Below are positions 1 through 12,737 of a stretch of 64,000 nt of DNA, piece by piece. The translations under genes were made by a program, and so were the position numbers. The notes under the pieces are model-generated. The model was not told where the DNA came from. It made no database searches and saw only the letters and a list, made by a program, of their open reading frames with translations. The stretch comes from Octopus vulgaris (lineage: Eukaryota): assembly GCA_951406725.2 (NCBI GenBank), contig OX597818.1, positions 10,478,001-10,542,000 on the forward strand, in the 5' to 3' direction. Every line of letters begins with the position of its first letter. Position 1 is the stretch's first letter.

Positions 1-224
1 TTTTTATCTATCAGGTTATTGTCATCGATGGTGATGATGGGAAAGGCAGAGAACTGATGAACTGGCCGCTGTTGTTTTATATTTCTGATTTGCTTGGGAA
101 CGGGATTTGGCTCATAGACAACATCGCTTTGTGCGTGTGTGTATGCGCACGCGTGTGTGTATGCGCACGCGTGTGTGTGTAGAGAGAGAGAAAGAGAGAG
201 AGAGACTTGATAGCATGTACCATG

Positions 225-531
225 TTGTTGTTTGTTCCTTCTCGAGCCACGCCTGGCTCATAGGGCCAGTTTCTCGGTTTCTTGGCGTATAGGTTCCCCA
301 CCTGGACAGGATGCCGATCCGTCGCAGGTGAGCTGCAAGATGCAGGAAGATAGAGTGAGAGAAAGTTGTGGCGAAAAAGTAAGCAGAAGTTCGCCATTAC
401 CTTCTGCCGGAGCCGCGTGGAGCTTAGGTATTTCGCTCATAAACACACACATCGCCCGGTCTGAGATGTGTGTGTTTATGATCCCTCGACTGCGAGTCCA
501 CTGCTCTAACCACTAGGCCATCTGCCTCCAC
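225..531 (-). mobile_element. tRNA-derived SINE, family C, full length with 13-bp TSD
   Basis: Minus strand starts with a tRNA-like head GTGGAGGCAGATGGCCTAGTGGTTAGAGCAG (A box) and ends in an (AAC)n-like tail. TSD AGCATGTACCATG at 212-224 and 532-544. Near-identical copies at ~13988 and ~39279. Confidence 0.9.
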
Positions 532-2782
532 AGCATGTACCATGCTTTCCCCAAATATTTAGGCACCCATATAGTTTGCGAGCAGACACAAATACCCTCA
601 CAGTCCTCACACCCTTGATCCAGTGGGATAACCGTGACGTGACAGGTGAAAACAGGGTGAGATGCACTAGCATTGGGCTTGTACTTTATTTATCCTTCCT
701 GAAAGGATGAGAAACGATGTTCACAATGGCAGAATTTGAACTCATAGCACAGTGACTCTTGTGTATCACAACTACTAGGATTAAATCATTAGTTTCAACC
801 CTTATATTTTTCAGAACTTAACTTTTCTGTTAGATGAGAATATCAAGATGCGTGTTTCGTTTGTTAATGCATACCTTGTCGTCGTCGGTGGAGGTGGCTG
901 CGGCAGCGGCGGCGACGGTATCAACTCATATGTAAGTAGTTAATCTGTAGCGAGTAACTGGGCTTTTTAATCTTGATGGGTGCGGAGGCTGCCGGTGCCT
1001 GAGGTGGTTGTTCAAGCCAAGGGCGGTTTAAAAGAGCTGAGAGCATTCGTTGCAGGTGAGTGTTGGCAGGGGGCGAGAAAATGTACGTTTATTATATACA
1101 TTTAGCACTGCAGTTGCCTCATTGTATTTTGCGCACAGCGCTTGGGTTTGGTTTTTGGTTTATTTTTGTGTACGTGTGCGCTTTATTTATATCTTTATTT
1201 ATTCATTTCAGTTACAAAATGCTTCCGCTCCCAATTTTGTTTAAAGACGTGACATTCAGAGCCAATTTTCTCCCCTTTTCTTGTGGCCTTATGAATCAGT
1301 CTTCTACATCTATCTTTATCATTTAAAAATTTCCTTTCAAAAATTTATTTTAATTCAGAATAGTAAAGCAGCACGTGTTCTCACAACAATGCATACACAG
1401 AAATATAACTGGTTTCAAATGACAACATTAATTACAGCAAGGATTATATAAAACATGTTGTAGAGAATGTTTTATAGATATTTTCATGTTTATAAAATCA
1501 AATATTTTGATCGTGTGTTGTAGAAAACAGTTTTATTTGCAAACGTGACCTGACGAAAAGTGATTCGGCAATTTCGTTTCTCATTCAGCTTAAACGTGTC
1601 TTGTAATTTGAGATAGCTGAAAATGTGAGTGGACAAAAGGCCAATTCAATTATGTGCAACTTTCAACAATGTCAAGATAGAAAGTATAAGGGCGGACAGC
1701 TGCTCAAACTGCCAAGTGCTGAGTAAAAGAAACATTTTTCAAAAATAGTTTTGCTTTATATAGCCTAAGTGACTGCCAGAGTATAAATTTTTTATTGGTC
1801 CTTATAAAACCAGTGAATTTTTTTTTAAATCACCTGTTGCAAAGTGGGAAGCATTACATAGTTAATGATGTCAAAATTGTTATGTTCCATGTATGACAAA
1901 GCATACAGTGCGGGATTCAAATTATGTAGCGAGAGTGAATAGAGACGACTGTGACTTTAAACTAAATATAGCACTGACTAGTTTCCCAGTTTTCCCTCAC
2001 TGAGTAAGGAAAAAGTTTAATCACGCCCATCTTTGTAACAATGGATTATTCGTGTATAGCAGCAGCGGCTGGAATAATGTTAATTCCTGTAGCTCTTCTA
2101 TTCATTTAGGCATATAAAAACATTTACTGTTTAAAATCCCTCACATGGAGACGTTTTATTTTTTTTTTCTTTAACCAAGTGGAGGGATATCGATATGTTT
2201 ATTATCTATATATTTATTTAAATTAATATAAAATATTGATTTATTTGAGACTATACCAATAATAAAATAGTTGGTTTATCTATCGATTCTGAATTTTATT
2301 GTTCGCTCGCCAGAGATGGATAAAACAATTCGACGTCACATATTGAATGAAATTCGTCGGGGTGGGATGAAAATGTAGACGCAGAACGGATGAAATGAGG
2401 TCGCGGGCCATAGTATTTCGACCTTCTGCTCTGGATGGTAAAACATGAAACGAACTTTAAGAATACGAAAATGTATTTTCCAAAACATGTAAATGTAATT
2501 ATATATTGATACGTTTCTATAGCTTTGTGCGTACGCTTCGAGATATTACAAAAAGGAAGAAATAATTATATATATAATTATACGTATGTATGTATGTATG
2601 TATGTATGTATGTATGTATGTATGTATGTATGCATGCATGCATGCATGCATGTATGTATGTATGTATGTATGTATGTATGTATGTGTATTACATATTGTT
2701 ATTTCGCTTAGGCGTAGCGATACGAATAACTAGTTAGAACTCCATATACTTGAGTACAGAGCGTAATATTAATTAATGAATG

Positions 2783-2995
2783 AAGGTGAAGAGCTGGCAG
2801 ATTCGTTATTGTGCCGGACCGAATTTTTAGCAACATTTCTTCCGGCTTTATGTTCTGAGTCCCTTCTGAAGTCTACTTTGCCTTTCGTTCTTCGGGGTCG
2901 ATAAATTACGTACCAGTTGAGCACTGAAGTTGATGTAACTGACTTAACCCGTCCGCTGAAATTGCTGGCCTTGTGTCAAAATTTAAAACCAATAT
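2783..2995 (+). mobile_element. SINE family B, diverged copy
   Basis: GAGCTGGCAGA head, GACTTTGCCTTTC..GGGGTCGATAAA..GTACCAG-like core, and GAAATTGCTGGCCTTGTG tail shared with other copies. Confidence 0.8.
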
Positions 2996-3166
2996 CAATT
3001 AATAAATGGCAAAAGAACAGGAGTTCTATAACATATATACATGTCTGTGTGCGTGCATGCGTGTGTGTGAGCGTGCGTGTGTGTGTCTGTGTGTCCTTCG
3101 AAATGATACAAAAAAAAACAAATGACAAGAGACAGGTGAGGAAGAACAAGCAGGAAAAATAGTACG

Positions 3167-3202
3167 CTTTGACGTTTCGAGCCTACGCTCTTCTACAGAA
3201 GG
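3167..3202 (-). ncRNA. minimal type I hammerhead-like motif (A6U variant)
   Basis: Minus strand: cctt CTGTAGA a gagc-gtag-gctc GAAAC GTC aaag. A second copy lies at 60157-60192. Confidence 0.55.
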
Positions 3203-3246
3203 GAAATGAATATATATATATATATGTATATCATAGATAGATAGAC

Positions 3247-3327
<81 letters not shown>

Positions 3328-3339
3328 CACATACATAAG

Positions 3340-3399
<60 letters not shown>

Positions 3400-3428
3400 C
3401 ATACATGTATGTATGTACGTATAGGGTA

Positions 3429-3766
3429 AAGAACTCTTTCGGTCAGGAATAACCGTGGGATTGCACCTAGAAAGTTCCCCTCCGAGGCACAAGTCCGGGC
3501 AAGGTTGTTTATGGGAGACCAACAGTCGTCCATGCATACCAGCCTCCCCTCTCCACACCACAAATGTTGTCCAAGGGAAAAGCGGAGGCCGATACAACTT
3601 GGCACCTGTGACATCGCAACTCATTTTCTATAGCTGAGTGAACTGGACCAGCATAAAATAAAGTGTCTTGCTCAAGAACACAACGCACAAACCACTTCGC
3701 GAATCGAACCCACAATCTCACGATTGCAAGCCTGGCGCTCTAACCAGTGAGCCATGTGCCATTCAC
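3429..3766 (-). mobile_element. tRNA-derived SINE, family D
   Basis: Minus-strand head has an A box (TGGCTCACTGGTTAGAGCG) and a B box (GGTTCGATTC). Central GTGTTCTTGAGCAAGACACTTTATTT..CCAGTTCACTCAGCT domain is shared with 41123 and 46001. The tail is distinct. Confidence 0.8.
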
Positions 3767-4106
3767 AACATAGTAAAGGCGCATGGCTTAGTAGTCGTGC
3801 TCAGCGTCTAGGTGCTATGTATGTGTGTGTGTGTGTGCGCGCGCGCGTGTATACTTCTCTCGCCTTCTAAGTAATCATTTGTGTTCCGACCAGGTTTAAA
3901 AATGCATTGCATGTCGGAAATCGAGGCGATACCCTTACGACTGAAGCAGGAGTTGAGGGCCCAAGGAAGTAAATATATCAGATATGTGCTTCCGCTATTA
4001 ACTATAATGCTATGTTATTTCTAACAAGCCGAGTGACCGCATGCAGACTCCCCATGGTAGCTCTCGCTTTTTATCTACCTTGCATATCCCTATATTCATA
4101 TATAGG

Positions 4107-4385
4107 TGAAGATGCATGGCGTAGTGATTTGGATGTTGAGTTCACGATCGCTTGGTGGAAGATTCTACCATCTTGCGATGGATCATGTTCTTGAACAATG
4201 CTCGTCATTGTGCGTTGCTTTAGCCATACTTAGCTGAATATGAGTACCAACAACTGCTGGAGAGTTACTCAGCGACTGACGTCTCGTTCATGCTGGAGGA
4301 AATTCTTAAATTCTCAGTCGCTTAAACGTCACGGAAACCGGAATAAGCTCTGGTCCAAGAGGCCTGAAGGCACGAGACAGTCTTT
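4107..4385 (+). mobile_element. old tRNA-headed SINE (central CTCAGCTG..ATGAGTACC-type domain, GGAAACCGG..AAGCTC tail)
   Basis: Decayed head GCATGGCGTAGTGATT, then TTAGCTGAATATGAGTACC and CACGGAAACCGGAATAAGCTCTGG, resembling Meta-domain SINE bodies (recalled similarity). Confidence 0.5.
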
Positions 4386-4689
4386 CAAATTAGCTTATAC
4401 TAAAGTAGCAACGCATTAATAATCGAGGCATGGGTTCATTTCCTCCTCCCTAAGCTCTCTCACTTTTTATTCGCTTTCATAGTGGCATTTATTTTGCTAT
4501 TTACAGCAGGCTCACATTTCTTGAGCTGATATATCTGGCTAAATCAATCACGGTTATGAACTTACCCTCTTTTTTGGTCTTATTCAGAGTAACAAGGACT
4601 GCCTTATCCAACTGTTGTTTATCAATACAGTAGGATGCGTTCGTAATTCTTTTTTCTTTTCAAGATAATCGAAACTGGAGGGATGAAGA

Positions 4690-5450
4690 ACGGAAATAAT
4701 CCACTCGAATGCTTACAACAGAGTTAACTTCTCCCGAATGTACCGAAGGACTAGAAGGAAGTGTTAAACGATGTGACTGATTAAGAACTCACTAAGAGCT
4801 TAAACAAATACCACAAGGTATCTAGTCCAACACTGAAACAATTCTTCATTTCGCTCCCCTTCTTTTTTTCATTCGCCTCGAAAAGACGAAAGGCGAGATT
4901 GGAACTTAGAGCACTGAGTTCCAGAACAAATACCGCAAGATGTTTTAACCTTTGCTCTCACGATTCTTACAATTTGCATCCCAGTTGTAGTCATCCGACC
5001 ATCTTGTTTTGTTTTCCAGACATCGGCGTCGGCTATCCGTTGTAGGTTGTTGTTCAATGTTCTGTTCAGATCTCTAAACAAAACGCCTTTGGACGGTAAG
5101 GCAACTGATGTCGTCCTCTACTCCCACCAGACTGGTTCTCTGGGACTTCACATCAAGTACCAAGTGGTGCACAAGTGTGCAACGAGCATGGGCGATGATA
5201 AGGCTGCTCCGCAGAAGCAGCTCACATACTAGTTGACTCCCAACCGTTGTTTGATGGCACAAATCTTCCGCTTGCCCACAATAACTTTCAAGCCGTTGGT
5301 CTAGGTCTCCTCCACTTCGTCGTTTATCCAACGTCCGGCTTCCGACGTCTTCGCCGTATCCCTGGTACAGGAGGCTAAGGGGTTGCTATCATTTGTCCAA
5401 GGTACTACCCCAGTGTACGGATGGAAGGGACGACTTACTCTCCCTTTTTA
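4690..5450 (-). pseudogene. possible L1/Tx1-like non-LTR retrotransposon ORF2 C-terminal remnant
   Basis: Stop-interrupted minus frame reads ..IKQRLGVN*YVSCFCGAALSSPMLVAHLC..PVWW..GVLFRDLN..IADADVWKTK..EELFQCW, resembling the decayed Cys/His knuckle and VLFG/VWK/F..W motifs of L1-Tx1 ORF2 ends. Sequence is more GC-rich than the flanks. Confidence 0.4.
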
Positions 5451-6417
5451 CAGCCTGCTATATAACGTAACTAGAACTATATCATTCAATGTTTCTATTC
5501 TGCATTTTTAAACAATATAGTTTATAAGTTGAATGCGATTTGGCTGCTCTTCCTAGCAGAAGGAGCTACCTCCTGGCTGTTGAGTAGCCATAAGACATTC
5601 CAAATGCGGCCATACAGTCTTTTATCCTATTTTCAAGGAACTTAGGATCACATTATCCAACATCGAGAGCTATTAGCGGGAGTTTTTAACTGCTATAACT
5701 AGCATGTTGAATGATCAGACAGAGGTACCCACGTGTAGTTTCAGCAGGTTTAGCTTCTTAGAATAACCTTTACAAATAAAACTCTCACTGACTCAGAGAG
5801 AGAGTGGGAGAGAGAAGGAGAGAGGGAGAGACACAGACACAGACAGAGAGACAGAGGGAGACAGAGAGTAACACTAAAGAAAGGAAAGGGATTGTAAATC
5901 CAGCCTTCCATACAGATGACGTGCTGTCCCCTGGAGCATTGATGCAGAAATAATTGTCAAGGGGACACATAAGACGTGACTGACTTTGTGAGAGATAAGA
6001 AACGAAATTTTGAGACTTTCACAGGATGTGTGGTTAGTAGAAAGTAGTAAAGGAAGAAAAATAGGTGGAAGGTTGGACGGATGGCTTACTTCTGAGGTTT
6101 ATATTTTGATGGATAAATATACACGTTTGAATAGACGAACGGAGAAGTATTTATTTGTATGAATGTGTGCATATGCGTCTGTATTTTATGTAAAATCTTT
6201 CATTCGACGCATGTACTAGAATTACTAAATTTGTTTTTTTTAAGACTATGTATGTATATAAGTATGTATATATACACACGCATATACATACACATGTGTG
6301 TATGAGTGTGTGTATATTAAATTCAAGCTATTTTAAAGCAAATTTAGGCATAAATACATTTAGTGATGAGTAGAGAGGAATAGTACTTAGAGGAGAGTCA
6401 AATTTATGGTAATATTG

Positions 6418-6625
6418 ATTTCAAATTTTAGCACAAGGCCAGAAAATTCGGGGGATAGGTTAAGACGATTATATTGACCCCCAGTGAACAACTCGTATTT
6501 ATTTTATCAACCAGAAAGAATAAAAGGCAAAGTCACCCTCGGCGCCATTTGAACTCAGAACGTAAAGACGGACGAAATGCCGCTAAGCATTTTACCCGAT
6601 GTGCTAATGATTCTGCCAGGTCACA
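6418..6625 (-). mobile_element. SINE family B
   Basis: Plus strand reads AAAGGCAAAGTCACCCTCGGCG..TTTGAACTCAGAACGTAAAGACGGACGAAATGCCGCTAAGCAT..GATTCTGCCAG. Confidence 0.85.
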
Positions 6626-6747
6626 GCGTTGATTTATTGAGTCATTCGTTATACTAGGACTTCGTCTTATTTATTCTCACCAGCGTGGTGAGAAAGTTCA
6701 AATCCCTGCTATGTGTGTTGCTATGTGTATGACCGTGCATACATATC

Positions 6748-6933
6748 CTTTATCTTTTACTTGTTTCAGTCATTAGATTGCGGTCATGCCGTGGCACCGT
6801 CTTGAAAAGGTTTTAATCGAAATAACTCCAGTCTGGTTCTTATTCTATCGGCCTCTTTTGCCACCGTAAACAAAACATCACCGGTTGTCGAGCAGCGTTG
6901 TCGGAAAAAGAACACACCACGCATACACATAGG

Positions 6934-6983
<50 letters not shown>

Positions 6984-7138
6984 GACGGGCTTTCTTCAGT
7001 TTCCATCTACCAAACCCAATCAAAGCTTTGGTCGACTTGGGGTTATAGTAGAAGATACATGGTGCCACGCAGTGGGACTGAATTTGGAATCATATGGTTG
7101 AGAAGCAAACTTCTTACCACACACCCACGTCTGCACCT
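6748..7138 (-). mobile_element. SINE family A, diverged, with internal (TA)n
   Basis: CTTTTACTTGTTTCAGTCAT tail, ACGACGGGCTTTCTTCAGTTTCC mid-body, and GTGCCACGCAGTGGGACTGAA..CTTACCACAC head. Confidence 0.85.
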
Positions 7139-7144
7139 ACATAT

Positions 7145-7176
<32 letters not shown>

Positions 7177-7200
7177 GGGTATGTATCTGTGTGTGTGTAT

Positions 7201-7244
<44 letters not shown>

Positions 7245-7247
<3 letters not shown>

Positions 7248-7597
7248 TGGTAAAGTAAAATAATTCACTTTACCACACACCGAACTTTTCAGAAATAGCA
7301 GCCAAAAATTTGGCTATTTCTTCAACTGCAAATAAAAGTCTCCAGACAATGCATACTCAGAAAAATAACTCACATAGGAATAAGGGAAAAACAATGAAAG
7401 ATCACATCCATATACGATACCCGAGGACAGTCTGTTTCTGGATTTGTGGGTAAAACGCCACTTTTCCTTCATCAGCTCAGAGATTTCTTCTGATTTAGAT
7501 TTGAAAATACTAAGAATCAAACATACCCGTCCGATATCTGTAACATCGGACAAACTATGCCAGACACCCAGTACTAGCGAATCCAAAAATACGAATG
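7245..7597 (-). mobile_element. short hammerhead-carrying non-coding element between (TA)n tracts (Penelope pLTR/retrozyme-like)
   Basis: About 350 bp of non-simple sequence bounded by (TA)n on both sides. Contains the hammerhead at 7421-7480 and a terminal 8-bp inverted repeat GGTAAAGT/ACTTTACC. Confidence 0.6.
7421..7480 (-). ncRNA. type I hammerhead ribozyme motif
   Basis: Minus strand: ctgag CTGATGA a gga..gtgg..ccac..tcc a GAAAC agact GTC ctcgg. Stem I is 5 bp (one G-U), the core is complete and stem III ACAG-A-CTGT is near-palindromic. Predicted cut between 7426 and 7425. Confidence 0.8.
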
Positions 7598-7770
7598 ATA
7601 TATATATATATATTACAGACATACATACATGAATACACGCAGATGTACGGACGTGTGTGTGCGCGCGCGTGTGCATGTGTTAGTATGTGTCTGGCCTTGT
7701 ACACAGAAATATATATGTACATATGTATAAGAATAATATACGAACATGAAACATTGCTGGCTTTAATAGC

Positions 7771-7804
<34 letters not shown>

Positions 7805-7807
<3 letters not shown>

Positions 7808-8046
7808 ACAAAATAATATATAAATATATGCATATATACATACATATATGTACATACCAACATCTATATGTATATATACATGCATATATGGGTACAGGAC
7901 ACCAAAAAAACGTTGAACACAATGAGAAACGAAAACATGGAAGCGGATTTTTTTCAAACAATATAAAACAGTGTACAGGACATACAACACAAGGAATATT
8001 CCCTTTCTTCAGTTGTCCCTGTTTCGGCTACTCCGCGTTTCGAAAC
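7805..8046 (-). repeat. interspersed repeat of unknown class associated with TA microsatellites
   Basis: Inverted homologue at 9015-9267 (TTCGAAACG..GAGTAG..GAAAC..ACTGAAGAA..TTTTTGGTGTCCTGTAC..ATGCATGTAT) and a partial copy at ~50070-50235. Confidence 0.7.
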
Positions 8047-8182
8047 ACACACACACGCATACGCACACACAGGGAGTGGGGGTGCTTGGCGTAAACAAAC
8101 CAGCACCGGTTGTCAATCAGAGGTAGGAGACATAACACAAAAAGAAGATACACACACATAGATACATATACATATGTGTGTG

Positions 8183-8221
<39 letters not shown>

Positions 8222-8975
8222 CGTGTGTGTGTGTGTAAACGTATGTAAATGTGATTCTGTCAAAATATGTACTCCGTGCATCCGCAGACATTACGATGAG
8301 TAAGATAACGCTCACACAAACACCCACGTACGCGCGTGTACATACATATTTTATAGGAGTTGACCAGTCCAGGCTTAGAATGAACAAGTTACAAAGAAAG
8401 ACAGAAAACTGACCAACACACATACACACAGTATTAAGCAACTGACCAACACACACGCAAACAGCGAAATGAAAAAAAAAAAAACAGCCGAATGTAAGAA
8501 CTGCGCCAGGGCTGTTTCGGCCTGATATTAATAGCGGCAAAATCTCTCCCAACGTCACGTGGCAGTATGTCAGGACATTGTGTAATATTAGTCTGGGCTA
8601 CAAAGCTGCTGCAAGTAAGAAGGGGTTGTCATGGCTAGAAATTGTTTTGTTGTTGTTGTTGTTGTTGTTCTTGTTCTTGTTGATGATGATGCTGATGCTG
8701 TTTATACTTTTTGTTTCGTTTTTGTTTTCTCTTGCTTGTCATCTCCGAATGGGACAATGCCAGACACTCATCAAAGCCCTCGTCGGCAACTATAGTTTCA
8801 AATAAAGGTAGTTAAGTGTGTATGAATGTGCGTGAGTGTGTGTTTGGGCGTGTGTGTGTGTTTATATGACTATGTGTATATATTCTTTTATTCTCTTATT
8901 TGTTTCAGTCATTTGACAGCGGCTATGCTGTAGCACCGCCTTTAGTCGAGTAAATCGACCCCAGGACTTTTTTTG

Positions 8976-9014
<39 letters not shown>

Positions 9015-9017
<3 letters not shown>

Positions 9018-9263
9018 TTCGAAACGTAGAGTAGATGAAACCTTAGCGACTGAAGAAGGGGATTTTTCGTTGTGCTTATTGTCCTGTATCTTTTTTTTTT
9101 TTTTTTTTTGCTTGTCCTGTTCCTTGGTTTGTGTCTATGTTTTTCGTCTCTCTATGTGTTCGACGTCTTTTTGGTGTCCTGTACACATATATGCGTGTAT
9201 ATGTACATGTAGAGGTAGGAACGTACATATATGTTTATATATATGCATATGTTCTATTTTATT

Positions 9264-9267
<4 letters not shown>
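9015..9267 (+). repeat. same repeat family as 7805-8046
   Basis: Colinear similarity in opposite orientation, bounded by (TA)n. Confidence 0.7.
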
Positions 9268-9306
<39 letters not shown>

Positions 9307-9326
9307 ATGTGTGTGTGTGTTGTATG

Positions 9327-9364
<38 letters not shown>

Positions 9365-9394
9365 TGCATGTACATATATAGGTATATATATATG

Positions 9395-9456
<62 letters not shown>

Positions 9457-9756
9457 TGTATGTATACATGTATGTATGTATGTATGTATGTATGTATGTA
9501 TGTGTGTATATTTTTGTGTCTGTATTTGTCCCCCCCTTCTATCACTTGACAATCCATGCTGGTGTGTTTACGTGCCCATAACGTAGTGGTTCGGCAAAAG
9601 ATACCGATAGAATAAGTACTAGGCTTACAAAGAATAAATCCTGCGGTCGATTTGCTCTCGGCTAAAGCCGGTGCTCCAGCATAGCCGCAATCAAATAACT
9701 GAAACAAATAAAAGAATAAAAGAATATATATATGTAATGTATTTGTATATATAACT

Positions 9757-9782
<26 letters not shown>

Positions 9783-9787
<5 letters not shown>

Positions 9788-10164
9788 CTATATAAACGGC
9801 AGTTTGTCTGTGCGTGTTTCTGTGTGTCTGTTTTCTCGTACCCTCACCCTGACCACGGCTTTCAACCGATTCTGATGAAACTTGACACACACATAGCCCA
9901 ATGTCATAATTCAAAACTAACGCAGCGAAAATTTTGAAAAGTTCCCCCAGTTCTGAAAAAAATCGATAAATTCGACATGGGGTCGAGAATGAGAAACCCA
10001 AACCACAGACCGTCTAGGGGACGCAACTCCACCTGTTTTAACTCTCAAAAAAAATTTACCATAATTTTTTTTCCATTTTTTTGCTATTTTTTGGCTATAA
10101 CTCTCTAAAAATGCTTTATAGTTATTTCCCTTACAAACCTGAGCAACGCCGGGCGATACTGCTA

Positions 10165-10165
<1 letters not shown>
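9783..10165 (+). mobile_element. non-autonomous Helitron
   Basis: 5' TC(TCTC)TATATAAA start, subterminal hairpin CCTGAGC-AAC-GCCGGG and 3' CTAG followed by T. Inserted in (TA)n without a TSD. Second copy at 49766. Confidence 0.8.
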
Positions 10166-10198
<33 letters not shown>

Positions 10199-10639
10199 GC
10201 ACATACACACACTTGTTTCAGTCATCTGACTGTGACATTTGACTATACCACCTTAAAGGATTTTACTCTAAAAAGGCAACCCTATGACTTATTTATTGTA
10301 ATCCTACTACTTATTCTATCGATCTCTTATTGCCAAAAGACATAAACATACGTGGACATAAAGACACCACCATTGGTTGTCAAGTCTGGTGGGGGTGAGG
10401 GGACAAACACAGACACATAATTTTTTTTTTTTTTTTTCTACGGGTTTCTTCCAGCTTCCGCCTTCCGAATCAACTCACAAGGCATTGGTCGGCCCGAAGT
10501 TAGTATAGAAGACTCTTCCCCAAGGTGACACGTACTGGGACTGAACCTGGGACCATGTGGTTGGGAAGCAAGTTTCTTACCACGCACACATATATATACA
10601 ATGTATGTAAGTATACATATAATGTATATATATAAATGC

Positions 10640-10822
10640 TCGTTGCTTGGTTTTTCTTGGAGGGCTGGCCGTGATCTAGTAATCTCAAGATTAATCAGCC
10701 GAAATTACTACGATGATCGGTTCTTGACTGAAGACTGAGGGTTTCGAATGTCCTGTCCGTGTTTATTGTGTCGTCTTCTAAGAGTTATACGTTCTTGTCC
10801 ATGTTGTATTTTTCTACATACC

Positions 10823-10826
<4 letters not shown>
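10640..10826. repeat. short non-simple unit between TA tracts (probable non-autonomous element)
   Basis: Bounded by (TA)n. Contains a GGCTG..CAGCC stem directly followed by GAAA and a downstream CTGAAGA. Confidence 0.4.
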
Positions 10827-10871
<45 letters not shown>

Positions 10872-10899
10872 GTGTGCGCGCGCACATATATATATACAC

Positions 10900-10943
<44 letters not shown>

Positions 10944-11266
10944 GAGCGTGAGCGCTGTGTGGTAAGAAGCTTGCTCTCTAACCACATGGTTCCTGGTTTA
11001 GTCCCACTACGTGGCACATTGGGAAAACGTTTTCTACTATAACTCCGGGTAGAACAAAGCCTTAAGCGGATTTGGTAGACGGAAACTGAAAGAAGCCTGT
11101 CGTATATATGTATGTATATGTATTTCTGTGTTTGCCTCCCACCACTATATATATATATATAAACTTACTTGGCTTTGTGCCAACATTTGGAATCATTAGT
11201 ATACACATGTGCATACATTCATATATGCATGTACATATGCACACATTTATACATACATATATATAC

Positions 11267-11297
<31 letters not shown>

Positions 11298-11767
11298 CAT
11301 ATATATGCATACACACCTTCATGCATTTATATATATATGACTGCGCGTGTATGTTTGTATGTATGTATGTATGTATGTATGTATTAAGGTGTGTGTATAA
11401 ATGTCGAATGCATTTACATACCTATAACACGTATACCTTTCCAATGAAATATATTAACTTATTTGTGTTCGTATGTAAATGTGTGTATGTATATATTATG
11501 CACGATACATTTATATTCATGTATGTACGTATAATATATTTACAGTATATGCGTGTGATACGCATGAGTGTATATGTACATATATAAATAAAGATGCACA
11601 CACACACACATGCATACACACACTCGCAAACACACACAGAAACACAAACACATCTTGTTCTATCATGCAGTAGAAAATCTGCGTTGCCATGCAACCCCAA
11701 GGCAATGAGCTACACTAAGTGTGCACATAAGTGTGTGTGTGCGTGTATATGTGTGTGCGTGTGTGTA

Positions 11768-11866
<99 letters not shown>

Positions 11867-11885
11867 ATAAGTAAATACATGTTTA

Positions 11886-12100
11886 TGGTGGTGAGCTGAC
11901 AGAATCGTTAGCACGCTACCAAAATGCATGGAAGCATTTCGGCCGTCTTTATGTTCTGTGTTCAAAGTCCACCTAGATCGACCCTGCCTTTCATCCTTAT
12001 GAGGTCGATAAAATAAGTACCACTTGAACACTGAGGTCGATGAAATTGGCTTATCTCTTACCCAGAAATTACTGGCTTTGTGCCAACATTTGGAATCATT
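11886..12100 (+). mobile_element. SINE family B
   Basis: GGTGAGCTGACAGAATCGTTAGCACG..GCCTTTCATCCTT..GTCGATAAAATAAGTACC. Confidence 0.85.
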
Positions 12101-12188
12101 AGTATACACATGTGCATACATTCATATATATATATTCATATATACATGCGTGTATAAATGAGTGTGTGTATATATATATGTGTGTGTG

Positions 12189-12220
<32 letters not shown>

Positions 12221-12380
12221 TGTATGTATGTATATACACGCACACTCACATATACACGTTTTCGGTGCGAATGGTTTTTGTTAAGCGGTGTCAAGTTTTA
12301 CAATTCTGAAAATAATAATAATAGTATATTTTAAAAGATTTATGCTTATAAAAAAATACCATTGATATATATATATATAT

Positions 12381-12597
12381 TACAATTAATAAGAGGAATG
12401 ACTACTAAAGTGGATTCCTAGTATGCTAAAGATAGACGTAAAATTCAGCGAAAAACCGAAGTGTAAAAATATTTACACTTTGGTTTTTCGCTAATTTTTT
12501 TCTTGAGAACATATTCTTCGTGGAAAATGGCGATTTTGACGTCTATATCTAGCATACAGGCTGTCCACTTTTAGTGGTCAGTCCACTAAATTTTGTA
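12381..12597. repeat. nested inverted-repeat (foldback) element
   Basis: Inner 21-bp arms at 12447-12467 and 12472-12492 (one G-T). Outer imperfect arms of ~65 bp at 12381-12445 and 12532-12597. Confidence 0.8.
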
Positions 12598-12683
12598 TGT
12601 AAAAAAATTCTTAATCTTCGGATTTTTTAAAAAAATATGCCAGGCCACTGGTTTTAATTGATTAATATCAATTTCTATCCCTA

Positions 12684-12737
<54 letters not shown>

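Noticed and set aside
868-1062. GC-rich patch with strong donor-like sites (CAG|GTGAGT at 1055/1056 on +, AAG|GTATGC on -)
   Set aside because: Degenerate trinucleotide repeats. The candidate minus exon has stops in all three frames and no plus-strand exon could be delimited.
9015-9062. GAAAC..CTGAAGA order suggesting a permuted (type II) hammerhead, also ~7995-8045 and ~10696-10735
   Set aside because: No convincing stem I hairpin or consistent cleavage triplet in these copies. A family consensus is needed.
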